This document shows positions 1 to 8,901 of a stretch of DNA of 28,998 bases, piece by piece; the first letter of the stretch is position 1; each line of letters begins with the position of its first letter. Made by a program: the position numbers and the translations under genes. Origin of the DNA: Candidatus Eiseniibacteriota bacterium (GTDB lineage Bacteria; Eisenbacteria; RBG-16-71-46; CAVPCR01; CBDCWB01). The stretch is taken from the NCBI GenBank assembly GCA_965223205.1, contig CBDCWB010000009.1, forward strand, positions 1-28,998. The letters run 5' to 3'. Under the pieces are notes generated by a model, which saw only the letters and a list, made by a program, of their open reading frames with translations, had not been told where the DNA came from and did not search any database.

Positions 1-2658
1 GCACCACCGGATCGGCTTACGACGCCAAGGATTGGCGGGGTGTAGTGCACTCCGGCGGCTATCACCAGCAGGAAGGGTATCTGCTCTACTACGAGGGCGG
101 AGTCAAAAAGGTGCGCGGCGGTGACGGAAACCCTGCGTACCAACTCCAACACTTCCCGCTCGCGTATAACATTTTGCCGGACCACGTTATCGACGCACTG
201 GCAAAGTATTTTGCCGCAACAGGCGCATCCTTCTACGACGCCTGGCGCTACGATGTGCACATGCAGCACCTCGAACGCTGGTTGGCGTTTAAGGAAGACG
301 GCGCTGACCTCATGACAAACGACGATGACTTCAACCTGATAAACAACAACGTGCTTGGCGGCAACTACTCGCACGCCAAGTACGAGCGCGGCGCCGTGTT
401 GTTCTTCCGGCGCATGCTCAAGCACACCGGGCTGGCACTCAACGCGGTGTGGATAAACGGCATGTATAACCTCAAGAGCGGGCTTGAGGAGGGCTGGTTC
501 TACTCGGCGTACGACGCGGCGAACCAATCGATGTACCCGACGGACAACGACGACGTGCGATCGATGTTTGAAAACATCGGCAACCCGGGGCCGGGCGTCG
601 ACAGCGACCTGTTGCTGCTCGAGTACATCAACCGCTGGGGCGCCAACACCGGACACATATTGCACCTTGGCAGTGCGACCAATTGGAGCGTCAACTCACC
701 GGAGACGCAGCAGCAGGGGCTTGAGCGCGCCGTGGGCTTGCGGTTCCGGCGGGACCGCCGGTGGACCGTGGCGCGGCTGGATAGAGTCCGATCAACATGT
801 GCCGTTTTACGACGGGGACGACAATCCAGCGCACCAAATGCGCCGGTTTGCGGACTACGCCAAAGGCCCAAAGGGGCGGCGCACCGAATATCACCTGTAC
901 GCCGACCCCGGCGATGTTACGCCGACGACGCTGCGCTACTCGGGCACTGTCCCGATTTGGCTCCCAACTACAGACCTGGCGCTGGGCACGTGGTCCTATC
1001 AGTGGATTGCGCTTGATCCGGACGACGGCACGAATAACACGATCGCCGCAAAGGCGCTGGTTACCGTCGCCGACCCGGCCGAGCTTCACTATGCGCCCGA
1101 CTTGGTCGACACGCCGACGCCCGCCGAGGGCGCGACAAACCAAAGCGCTTCGGGCGTCAATCTCACGTGGGTAGCCCCCCCAGACGCCGACACGTACGAC
1201 GTGCATCTGAGCACCGATGCTGCGGACGTGGTGTCGCGCACCGCGGGCTCAAAGATCCTTGACAACTCATCTTCAACGTCGGTGAGCACCGGCGCGCTGA
1301 CCCCGGGCGCCACCTACTACTGGTCCGTAGTCGCGCGCAATGCCGGCGGCGACATTGCTAGTGCGGTGTGGATGTTTACGGTCGAGATTGGGCCGTCGGT
1401 GACCCCAGTGATAGCACCCACGATCGCGGTGCGGGCGCCCGTGGCGACGGTGACGGCTGGCGCCGTTGCAACGCAGGTGGCGGCCCCAACGATCGCCGTG
1501 CGCTCGTCACAGGCGACCGTGACGACGGGAGCCGCTCTGACCTCGGTGACCGCCCCGACCATCGCCCTCCGCGCTGGGCTCGCGACCATCGCGGTGGGCC
1601 AGGCCACAACACAGGTTACAGCCCCCACGATCGCCGTGCGGGCTCCCCAGCTGACGGTCAGCACGGGCGCGGTCGCAACTCAGGTAGCGCCCCCGACGAT
1701 CGCCGTGCGTGCTGGGGTTGCATCGGTCGCGGTTGGACAGGTCACAACTCAGGTGGCTGCCCCCACGACCGCCGTGCGCGCGCCCCAAGCCACTGTGAGC
1801 GTTGGGCCTGTGACGACCCAGGTGACGCCCCCAACCATTGCTGTGCGCGCGTCACAGGCGACCGTGACCGCCGGTGAATCTACGACCCAGGTGGTGCCCC
1901 CGACCATCGCCGTCAGAGCTCCTCTTGCCACCGTGGCGGTGGGCCAGGTGGCGACCGCCGTATTGGCCCCAACGATCGCCGTGCGGGCTCCCTCTGCCAC
2001 CGTCTCGGTGGCCGGGCAGGTCTTGACGTCTGTCAACCCACCCGCGTGCGCTGTGCGGGCGCCGGTAGCGACGGTGACCGTCGGGCAGGTGTCGGCTGCT
2101 GTCGCAGCCCCGACCATCGCCGTGCGCGTGCCGCTCCTCACCGTGACCGCCGGCGCCCCGGGCCAGACCACCATCGTCTTGTCCCCAACCATTGCTGTGC
2201 GAGCGGCGGGGGCGACCGTGTCCGTTGGTGGCGCAACGACAACCGTCAGCCCGCCGACGATCGCCGTGCGGGTGCCCCAGATTGGTGTTGCGCGGGAGTC
2301 GACGGGCGGCGGCACCACGCCCCCAGCACCAGCCACCGAGCCCAGGCTGGTGATCGCAGACCCCGGGACGTCAACCGAGCTAACGTTCCGCCAAGACCCC
2401 TCGGCCCACCTGGACTATACGATCGATTGGGTGCGCTGCCTTGAAGGCGGAGATGCAATTGCTAGCTCGACCTGGTCTATCGCCGGCGACGTGCTCGGCG
2501 TCCTGGAGATGGCTAACGACAGCCGCCTCGGCACGCGCACTACCGTCTGGCTCACTGGTGGGCTTGACGGACAGGCCTACAAGCTCGTCAATCACATGCG
2601 CACGAACGACGGGCGCGAGTTCGACCGCACCTTCTTCCTCCGGGTGGAGGAGCGATGA
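1..2658 (+). CDS. Large virion-module protein, 5'-partial (runs off the window start). The N-terminal domain is unassigned and is followed by an Fn3-like domain, an array of 13 degenerate ~23-aa repeats, and a C-terminal domain. The reading frame changes from frame 0 (ORF 45..1016) to the +1 frame (ORF 484..2658) at about nt 735-775, so this is a frameshifted gene, a sequencing indel, or a pseudogene.
   Basis: Frame 0 is protein-like from the window start to about ...ETQQQGLERAVGL and then turns Arg-rich and junk-like. Frame +1 is junk-like before nt 740 and protein-like from ...GWIESDQHVPFYDG onward. The Fn3-like segment is NLTWVAPPDADTYDVHLS...ATYYWSVVARNAGG. The repeats have consensus PTIAVRAPxATVxxGxVxTQVxA. 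The stop at 2656-2658 overlaps the next ATG (ATGA). Confidence 0.6.
1415..2295 (+). repeat. In-frame coding tandem repeat of 13 units of about 69 nt (23 aa), degenerate at both the nucleotide and amino-acid level.
   Basis: The motif ac(g/c)atcgc(c/g)gtgcg(g/c) recurs with a 69-nt period (about 1421, 1490, 1558, 1627 and onward). The peptide units are PTIAVRAPVATVTAGAVATQVAA, PTIAVRSSQATVTTGAALTSVTA, PTIALRAGLATIAVGQATTQVTA and so on, through PTIAVRVPQIGVARE. Confidence 0.85.
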
Positions 2659-3008
2659 TTTTGGGGCGCGTCTGCTGTGGCGTGCGCAGCTTGCTGCGGC
2701 GTTTGTCGGTCGTCCAGGGTCCGACAACACGGCGGCGCCCCTCCACAACAAAGCAGCCAACTACAGTGGACCAAAGAGATCAGGTGGCGATCGAGTTGAC
2801 GCGCCTAGAGGCACAGGCCCAAGCAGTGCTCACTGGTCCGCGAACAAACGATCGGGAAACCGCGGGCTTTCGCCTTGTGCGCCTCGGGGTCTTAGTGCAA
2901 CTTACGTGCCGCTGTGGAGCCAGCGGTCGAGTGATGTTGCCGCCAGCTGGCAGCACACCCTTCACCTGCCGCCGCTGTGCGAGCAATATCGAGGTAACAA
3001 CAGAGTGA
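2655..3008 (+). CDS. Small coiled-coil / zinc-ribbon protein (CxC...CxxC). The real start may be the internal GTG at 2766.
   Basis: The ATG at 2655 overlaps the upstream stop (ATGA). The C-terminal part, VDQRDQVAIELTRLEAQAQAV...LTCRCGASGRVMLPPAGSTPFTCRRCASNIEV, is protein-like with four Cys in a zinc-ribbon arrangement. The first ~35 aa are Arg-rich and may not be translated. Confidence 0.45.
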   Translation: MILGRVCCGVRSLLRRLSVVQGPTTRRRPSTTKQPTTVDQRDQVAIELTRLEAQAQAVLTGPRTNDRETAGFRLVRLGVLVQLTCRCGASGRVMLPPAGSTPFTCRRCASNIEVTTE

Positions 3009-3478
3009 TAGGCCTTTACGATATCCTGGCCCGACATGAGCGCGTTGGTGTCGCCGGATACCCCGACGTGGGCAAGACCACCGTGGCCCAGACGATCGAC
3101 GACCGACCACGCTGGAACACCGGACACCAGGGCACCGGTGGTGACGGCGATACCCCAACTGACATCGGCGTTGGCAACCTCGCCGAGTATTGGGTGGGCC
3201 GGCTGGCGGGCGAACCGCGGTTTGCCCTTGACGGGGTTTTCGTTCCGCGCGTGGCGCGCCGGTCCGTTCGCGACGGGCCGATCGTGCTCGACGCCGTCGT
3301 CTGGGTCGAGCCGCACTCGCGCTGGCACCCTGACGCCCGGCGGCGCGGCTTCCGCCGATCGATTGACACCGTCTGGGACGAGTTTCGTTGGCTCAACCAG
3401 GATCGCGGCGGCCCGATCCAGGTCTACATGGCTGGCTCGGCGGAACTCTTGGGCGGCGAGCTTACGGGGGCGGAGTGA
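3005..3478 (+). CDS. Hypothetical protein with a Walker-A-like motif (AGYPDVGKTT). It uses a GTG start.
   Basis: It is the frame-2 continuation of ORF 2441..3478, which is protein-like only from about 3005 onward. The GTG at 3005 overlaps the upstream TGA (GTGA), and a GAGGT sits 9 nt upstream. The competing frame (3036..3491) is P/S/T/R-rich and junk-like. Confidence 0.45.
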   Translation: MIGLYDILARHERVGVAGYPDVGKTTVAQTIDDRPRWNTGHQGTGGDGDTPTDIGVGNLAEYWVGRLAGEPRFALDGVFVPRVARRSVRDGPIVLDAVVWVEPHSRWHPDARRRGFRRSIDTVWDEFRWLNQDRGGPIQVYMAGSAELLGGELTGAE

Positions 3479-4713
3479 TGTATCTGATTAACGGCAAGCT
3501 GGTCGAAAACGTGCGCCAGGAGACCCTGGACGGGCGCGAGTACGTCGTCGCGCCAGTCGTGCTCCTGACAGAGGGCGTCCATTGCGGCAGTGCGGGCTGT
3601 CTCTACTACCCCGCTGTGGAGCTAGAGCGCTCCGCCGAGCGCTGGAACGGAGTTGAGCTGCCGGTCTATCACCCAGAGGGCGAGACCGCCAGGACCCCAC
3701 AAGTCATTGCACAGCAATCGGTTGGGCGATTGTTTGGCGTCCAGTACCTGGCCTCGCCGACGCCTCGGCTCCGGGGTGAGTTATGGGTTGACAAGGTCAA
3801 GGCAGAGAGAGTACACCCAGGTTTAGTAGATGCGATTGTCCAGCAATCGCATGTTGAGGTGTCAACGGGGTTGGAGGGCGATCCAATTGGTGGCCCCGGC
3901 GCATGGCGGGGTGAGCGGTACATCGCCGCGGTCGGCAACTACCAGCCGGACCACCTGGCCCTCCTGCCTGGGCAGCGGGGGGCTTGCAGTGGAGCCGATG
4001 GATGTGGGGTGTGGATGAACGACGACGGAGCCATTGACAACAAGCTTGGCGGCGCATTGCGCACAATCGCTAACGCTTTTGGGCTACTGCCGAACGGTGG
4101 GGCCGGGCAAGGTGTTGCTCGGGGCGAAGACGAGAAGGAGGACGGGATGGACACAGAACCCGGCAAGGCTGGCGCAGGGTCGGCTGAGAACGAGGAACGT
4201 TGCACCTGTGGTGCGGCGAAAAACCAGGACGACAACGCAGCCGGCCGGGAAGACTCATTGGGAGCCGGCGACGAAGCGCAGAAGGAAGGCGTTGCCGCGA
4301 CCGGGACCAAAGACGTCAGGCCCGAGGGCGACGGCGAGGAACAAAAAGCCCCCGAACAAGACAGCGAGTCGGTAACCACTGAAGATTACGTTGCGCAAGC
4401 GCCGCAGGCGGTGCGCGAGGTGCTTGAGGAAAGCCTGGCCGCGAACGCGGCCGAGAAAGATCGCCTGGTCAGGGCGATTCTCGACAATAAGCGAAACGCA
4501 TTTGCTGAAAACGACCTGCGGGCGATGCCTATTGCTAGCCTGCGAAACATCATGGCGATTAGTGATGGCGGTGTGGATTACTCCGGCGCCGCATCCGCTC
4601 CGGTGACCAGCGCAAACGCCGGCGGCTCGAAACCCGCCAAGGGCATGCCGAACTACCTCAACCAAGAGGCCACCGCGAAGCGCCTCGGGCTAAAGGAAAT
4701 GAGCAATGGGTAG
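3478..4713 (+). CDS. Putative prohead protease/scaffolding-like protein. It has an N-terminal globular domain (DUF2213-like, recalled from memory) and an acidic, low-complexity, coiled-coil-like C-terminal half.
   Basis: The ATG at 3478 overlaps the upstream TGA. The N-terminal segment is MYLINGKLVENVRQETLDGREYVVAPVVLLTEGVHCGS...VYHPEGE. The C-terminal half is rich in E, D, K, A and G (EDEKEDGMDTEPGKAGAGSAENEE...). It sits directly upstream of the decoration-like and capsid genes. Confidence 0.5.
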   Translation: MYLINGKLVENVRQETLDGREYVVAPVVLLTEGVHCGSAGCLYYPAVELERSAERWNGVELPVYHPEGETARTPQVIAQQSVGRLFGVQYLASPTPRLRGELWVDKVKAERVHPGLVDAIVQQSHVEVSTGLEGDPIGGPGAWRGERYIAAVGNYQPDHLALLPGQRGACSGADGCGVWMNDDGAIDNKLGGALRTIANAFGLLPNGGAGQGVARGEDEKEDGMDTEPGKAGAGSAENEERCTCGAAKNQDDNAAGREDSLGAGDEAQKEGVAATGTKDVRPEGDGEEQKAPEQDSESVTTEDYVAQAPQAVREVLEESLAANAAEKDRLVRAILDNKRNAFAENDLRAMPIASLRNIMAISDGGVDYSGAASAPVTSANAGGSKPAKGMPNYLNQEATAKRLGLKEMSNG

Positions 4714-5134
4714 TTTCAAGACCATCCGGATCAAGTGCGACGGGCATTTGTACAAGGAGGCGAAAGCTGGCGCCGTGATCACGCCCGGCACGCTCCTTTC
4801 GCGCGACGCGAATGGAGCGTTTATTCCACACGCAACCGCCGGCGGCGCATTTGTGCCCCTCTTTGCCTTCGAGGGTGAGCTAACGGGGCGCACGATCCAA
4901 GACACCTACGCGTCCGGCGAACAGTGTCACGCGTTGAGCTGCTTTGCTGGGCACGAGGTGCATGCCCTCTTGGTCGCGGGTGGATCGGTGTCCCCTGGCG
5001 ACGCGTTGTCCTCAAATGGTGACGGCACGCTCAAGGCCGCCGGTGCGGGCGACACTGTCGTCGGCTACGCAATGGAATCCCTGGACATCTCGGGTGGTGG
5101 CGATCCCCACATTTGGATCGAGCTTGCAGCCTAG
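4706..5134 (+). CDS. Small virion protein, DUF2190-like (possible head decoration or cement protein).
   Basis: It overlaps the upstream gene by 8 nt, with an AAGGA 8 nt upstream. The Gly/Ala-rich beta-type segment SPGDALSSNGDGTLKAAGAGDTVVGYAMES resembles DUF2190 proteins as I recall them. It lies immediately 5' of the major capsid gene. Confidence 0.5.
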   Translation: MGSFKTIRIKCDGHLYKEAKAGAVITPGTLLSRDANGAFIPHATAGGAFVPLFAFEGELTGRTIQDTYASGEQCHALSCFAGHEVHALLVAGGSVSPGDALSSNGDGTLKAAGAGDTVVGYAMESLDISGGGDPHIWIELAA

Positions 5135-5146
5135 CCGCTGCATTGG

Positions 5147-6160
5147 GTGGAGGTGGATGAGGTGCCTTTGGGACAAGCGGGGCTAGGCCCCGTACAAATG
5201 GACGACTTGCAGGGGGGCGGTAGACTCGCTCGAGCGATCGTTGCAACGAACGGTGACACGTCGCAACTGCGCAATGACACGACGCTGCGAGAGGACGACT
5301 GGGAGCGGATTGACGAGCGCGTGGTCACCGTGGCCACAAAACGCTTGGTTGGCTCGCAAGATCTCATTGCGCGCGGGTTGATTACACCGATCGACGGCAT
5401 GCGATTTACGCACGCCAGATACGAGAGGGTCTCGCGACTCAACGAGGCCGTGATGTCGATGGACGGTCAGGTGCGCTCACCCGCCGACCGACTGGTTTTC
5501 GAGCCGGACGGCACACCGCTGCCTATCACGCACATTGACTACAACATCAACCTGCGGGCACTCGAAGAGTCCCGAAACGGCAACACGCCGCTCGACACTA
5601 CGTCACACGGCATCGCCGCAGATGAGGTTTCTCGCAAGGTCGAGAAAACTCTGTTTAACGGGGCGGGTGGCTACATGTACGGCGGCTACGCCGTGTACGG
5701 CTATACCGACTTCCCGCAGCGCGTCACGATGGGGTTTGGTGTTGGCCCATGGTCCGCGGCAGCTCGCACCGGCGAGGAGATTCTCCTCGACGTGCTCGCC
5801 TTGCTCCAGGGGGCGATCGATTCAAACAAGTTCGGCCCCTATGGGATCTACTACTCGCGAAACGCTTCGACCAAAATGGCAGAGGACTTTAAGGCGAACT
5901 CCGACAAGTCGATCCGCGAGCGCATCATGGAAACGCCGGAGCTCCAGTTTTTCAAGGCTGCGGACTACCTGGCAGACGACAATGTGGTCTTGGTTAATTT
6001 AGACCAAGATACCGTTGAGATGATCGTCGGCTTGCAGGTCACACCGTTTGAGTGGACCGACGGGCCGGGATTCCAGCTTAACTTCAAGCAAGCCGCAATC
6101 TTGGTGCCACGCCTCAAGTCTGACTACCTCGGGCAGAGCGGCGTGGTCCACATGAGCTAG
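5147..6160 (+). CDS. Major capsid protein, HK97-fold, encapsulin/linocin-like family. The start is GTG at 5147 or ATG at 5198.
   Basis: LREDDWERIDERVVTVATKRLVGSQDL...PIDG and INLRALEESRNGNTPLDTTSHGIAADEVSRKVEKTLFNGAGGY align by eye with the encapsulin N-terminal helix and E-loop/P-domain regions (T. maritima encapsulin: LTEKQWQEIDNRAREI..., [39 protein letters not shown]). A GGAGGTGG lies upstream. Confidence 0.75.
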   Translation: MEVDEVPLGQAGLGPVQMDDLQGGGRLARAIVATNGDTSQLRNDTTLREDDWERIDERVVTVATKRLVGSQDLIARGLITPIDGMRFTHARYERVSRLNEAVMSMDGQVRSPADRLVFEPDGTPLPITHIDYNINLRALEESRNGNTPLDTTSHGIAADEVSRKVEKTLFNGAGGYMYGGYAVYGYTDFPQRVTMGFGVGPWSAAARTGEEILLDVLALLQGAIDSNKFGPYGIYYSRNASTKMAEDFKANSDKSIRERIMETPELQFFKAADYLADDNVVLVNLDQDTVEMIVGLQVTPFEWTDGPGFQLNFKQAAILVPRLKSDYLGQSGVVHMS

Positions 6161-6168
6161 GAGCGCAA

Positions 6169-6465
6169 ATGAGCGACAAACAAGCCGACAAGGCGCCGCA
6201 AAAGGAGGGCACCAGCAAGCGCTGGCGCCTTGTGAGCGGTGCACACTATCGCGATGGCAAGCGCCTGGAGGCGGGCGCTGTAGTTGAGTGCCCGGAGGAT
6301 GAGCTCGGCTCGGCCATCGACAAGTTCGTGGACGCGGATTCCCCCGCAGCATCGGGTGGCGGCGGGGTCAGCTCCGACGCCGTCGCCCAGATCGAGGCGC
6401 AGCGAGACGCGGCGCTTGCCCGCGTCGCAGAGCTCGAGGCCGGCGGCAAGGCCAAGAACAAATGA
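6169..6465 (+). CDS. Hypothetical small protein in the head module.
   Basis: An AGGAGC sits 6 nt upstream of the ATG. It is protein-like and coupled to the next gene. Confidence 0.55.
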   Translation: MSDKQADKAPQKEGTSKRWRLVSGAHYRDGKRLEAGAVVECPEDELGSAIDKFVDADSPAASGGGGVSSDAVAQIEAQRDAALARVAELEAGGKAKNK

Positions 6466-6722
6466 CCGACGACAACGGCGCGCAGGCGGTTCCCGCACCA
6501 GACGCCCCGTCTGAGCCCAAGGCGACACCACCTGTCGTGCGCCGGGAGTATCGGTTCACCCGTCAGGTAGGGAGAGTCTACTTACCGCACCCGCACGATG
6601 ACTCGCGACGGGTGCGCTGGTCCTTCGACGAGGGCCACACGCACATGCTCAGCGATGCGGAGGCGACGCGCCTTAACAACCAGGGCGGGGGCCACGTCGT
6701 GGAGTTGGTTGACGAGGAGTAA
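6462..6722 (+). CDS. Hypothetical small protein.
   Basis: ATGA overlap with the upstream gene. Composition is protein-like. Confidence 0.5.
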   Translation: MTDDNGAQAVPAPDAPSEPKATPPVVRREYRFTRQVGRVYLPHPHDDSRRVRWSFDEGHTHMLSDAEATRLNNQGGGHVVELVDEE

Positions 6723-6725
6723 CGT

Positions 6726-7115
6726 GTGGATACGGCACCGCGCGTAACAGAGACCGAGGTCATCGCCATCATGGACACGGCGATGACCCCGGAGGAGGTG
6801 CAGCCACACCTGGAGGCAGCCCACATCGCGGTGGACTACCACCTACTCAACCGCGACGGATACACCCCCTCCGTGCTGGAGCAGGTTGAGAAGTATCTCG
6901 CGGCGCACATAGCGACGGTTACGCGCGACCGGCGCCGCCACGCGTACAAAGAGAAGATCGGCGAGGCAGAAATTCAATACAGTTCTGGCGGAAAGGATGG
7001 TTTCGGGCTTCATCGGTCGTCATACGGCGAGATGGTGAAGCTCTTGGACAAGGACGGGATCCTGGCGGCCCTTGACAAGGCCTCGACCCCGGTCTCGATC
7101 GAGGTGATCGCGTGA
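6726..7115 (+). CDS. Putative head-tail connector/adaptor-region protein.
   Basis: GTG start 6 nt after a GAGGAG. It lies between the capsid and tail genes. Its 129 aa size is typical of HK97 gp6-like connector proteins. The assignment is by position only. Confidence 0.45.
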   Translation: MDTAPRVTETEVIAIMDTAMTPEEVQPHLEAAHIAVDYHLLNRDGYTPSVLEQVEKYLAAHIATVTRDRRRHAYKEKIGEAEIQYSSGGKDGFGLHRSSYGEMVKLLDKDGILAALDKASTPVSIEVIA

Positions 7116-7486
7116 GCGACGTTTTCTTGGAGCACCTATTGACCGAACCTGCGCTCCAGTTTCCAGCGCAAGGGATGACCGACTATGGTCGGCACCTGTT
7201 CGGTGAACCTGCCCAAATAAAGTCGCGGTGGGAAACCATCACACGGGTGCAGCAAGCGGTTGGTGAAGAGGTCGTCGTCGAGGATCGGGTCGAAGAAGCA
7301 AGGGTGTTCGCGAGCGCTGATATGAGCATAGGGGACCTTCTGTGGCGTGGAGATCACGGCGAGCTCGCACCTCGCGATCTAGATGACCCCGCAGCGATCG
7401 ACGGCATCTATCGTGTAGAGAAGTTTGTCAAGACGCCCAGTGTGGACGGCGGGCGGTTCGTTCGAGCAGCAACTGTTCGGCGGTAA
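7112..7486 (+). CDS. Hypothetical head-tail joining-region protein.
   Basis: GTGA overlap with the upstream gene. A GAGGTG sits 5 nt upstream. Confidence 0.5.
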   Translation: MSDVFLEHLLTEPALQFPAQGMTDYGRHLFGEPAQIKSRWETITRVQQAVGEEVVVEDRVEEARVFASADMSIGDLLWRGDHGELAPRDLDDPAAIDGIYRVEKFVKTPSVDGGRFVRAATVRR

Positions 7487-7489
7487 CCC

Positions 7490-8071
7490 GTGCGATTCAG
7501 CCTGACTGTGGACGCAAGCGACCCTCGGAAACGCCTAAATGAAATCAGTGGCAAACTCGATCGTGAGCTCAAAAGCGCAAACCGCTCGAACGAGCGCGCC
7601 GTTCGGGATGCAGTGCGCTCAAGGCTGCGTGGAAACACGGGGAGCGGTTCCCTTTCCAGGCGGTCGGGAAACTACGAGCGCCGAATCCAAACGTCGTCCA
7701 GGGTTAGAGCGCCCGAAGCTCACACGCTTGTGTTCGTGCGGACGCGTGGACCACGAGCGGTACGACAAGCTCGCATTCTCGAACTCGGCGGAACTGTCCG
7801 TGCCAAAGGAGGGCGATATCTCGCAATTCCGCTTGGTGCCGTCGCCAAACAGCGCAACCCGTCTCCGCGAAACCACCCAGATGGATTCTTCTTTCGGTCG
7901 CGGCGCGGCAATCTTCTATACGGCGAGCGCGCCGGAACCGGGCTTGTCCCCCTGTTTGTGCTCAAGCGATCGGTCACCATTCCACCGCGGCCCATCTGGC
8001 GGCTTTCGGCGGAGGAAGCAAGAGCGAAGGTCGTGGACCGCTACTTTGACGCCGTCACGAGATCGGTATGA
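7490..8071 (+). CDS. Hypothetical head-tail joining / tail completion-region protein.
   Basis: GTG start 3 nt after the upstream stop. Assignment is by position. Confidence 0.45.
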   Translation: MRFSLTVDASDPRKRLNEISGKLDRELKSANRSNERAVRDAVRSRLRGNTGSGSLSRRSGNYERRIQTSSRVRAPEAHTLVFVRTRGPRAVRQARILELGGTVRAKGGRYLAIPLGAVAKQRNPSPRNHPDGFFFRSRRGNLLYGERAGTGLVPLFVLKRSVTIPPRPIWRLSAEEARAKVVDRYFDAVTRSV

Positions 8072-8889
8072 GCCAATACACACAACTTGAGGGCAGCCTC
8101 AAGGCCACGCCGAGCGCCGCCGCGTTCTGGCGAGAAGAACATCGGCAGTGGCATTTGAGGCTTGACGACACGGGTGGTCACGTGCGCGGCCGCGTCTATC
8201 GTTTCGAAGCCGACGCGGTCGCGGACACAGGCAACCATCAGGCAGAAGGCGTGGTTTCGTTGGCCGACGGGCAACTTGCCCTTCTGGTTCTGTCGACAAC
8301 TGGCCTCGCCCCAAAGTTTGGCTCATTCGCATCGGTTCTCGTGTCGCTGGAAGAAGCGAGCCCGGGCGCTTCGTGTGTTTGGCGGGTAGATTTGGGTCCA
8401 CAGATGCAGCGCTGCCATTTGCGAATCCTGCGACACGTTCGGGACCTAATGGTACCGGCGAACGGATATGCGTTTATCCCGAGAGTTGTTGAGCTGGGAA
8501 ACGCAACCACATCCGTGCTCAACGTTGCTTCCAACAACGTGCCATACGTTGTCGTGGACCATGGCGCCTACGACCTGGCGTTTGACGAAAAGTCTGGTGG
8601 AGCAATCACGCACACGCTTGATTTTCGTCTTTTGGCTGTCTTGGCAGTCAGCGGTAGGACCGACAACCGCGGTGCGCCCGATGTCAACGCTATGTGGGCG
8701 CTGCACGATCTTCGGCGAGCGCTTGTGGCCGCGCGACGCCAGCCATACCTTGGTGACGGATCGATTATCTCGGCGCTGTCGGTCGTGTACGCAAGGCCCG
8801 ACACGCCAGACCCCGGGGAAAACGTAGTTGTCGCTTGTGACATTGCGGCGCGAATCAACGAAACAAAGGACGGCGTCAACGCCGCGTGA
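8068..8889 (+). CDS. Hypothetical neck / tail terminator-region protein.
   Basis: ATGA overlap with the upstream gene. It immediately precedes the major tail protein gene. Confidence 0.5.
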   Translation: MSQYTQLEGSLKATPSAAAFWREEHRQWHLRLDDTGGHVRGRVYRFEADAVADTGNHQAEGVVSLADGQLALLVLSTTGLAPKFGSFASVLVSLEEASPGASCVWRVDLGPQMQRCHLRILRHVRDLMVPANGYAFIPRVVELGNATTSVLNVASNNVPYVVVDHGAYDLAFDEKSGGAITHTLDFRLLAVLAVSGRTDNRGAPDVNAMWALHDLRRALVAARRQPYLGDGSIISALSVVYARPDTPDPGENVVVACDIAARINETKDGVNAA

Positions 8890-8901
8890 CAGGAGCTACC
8901 G

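Noticed and set aside
1415-2295. A 69-nt periodic repeat, which might suggest a CRISPR or satellite array.
   Set aside because: The units are in-frame, degenerate and lack unique spacers. They encode a 23-aa peptide repeat inside a large protein, so they are not CRISPR.
691-2336. Antisense and alternative-frame ORFs overlapping the Fn3/repeat gene (691..1206 -, 1317..1664 -, 1368..1877 +, 1749..2336 -, 2046..2444 +).
   Set aside because: They are Arg/Ala/Thr/Val/Gly-rich mirror products of the high-GC repeat-coding region. They have no RBS context and lie entirely inside a better coding frame.
2441-3004. The 5' two-thirds of ORF 2441..3478, and ORF 3036..3491.
   Set aside because: These are S/T/R/P-rich low-complexity translations that overlap better frames. 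Only the 3005..3478 part of frame 2 is protein-like.
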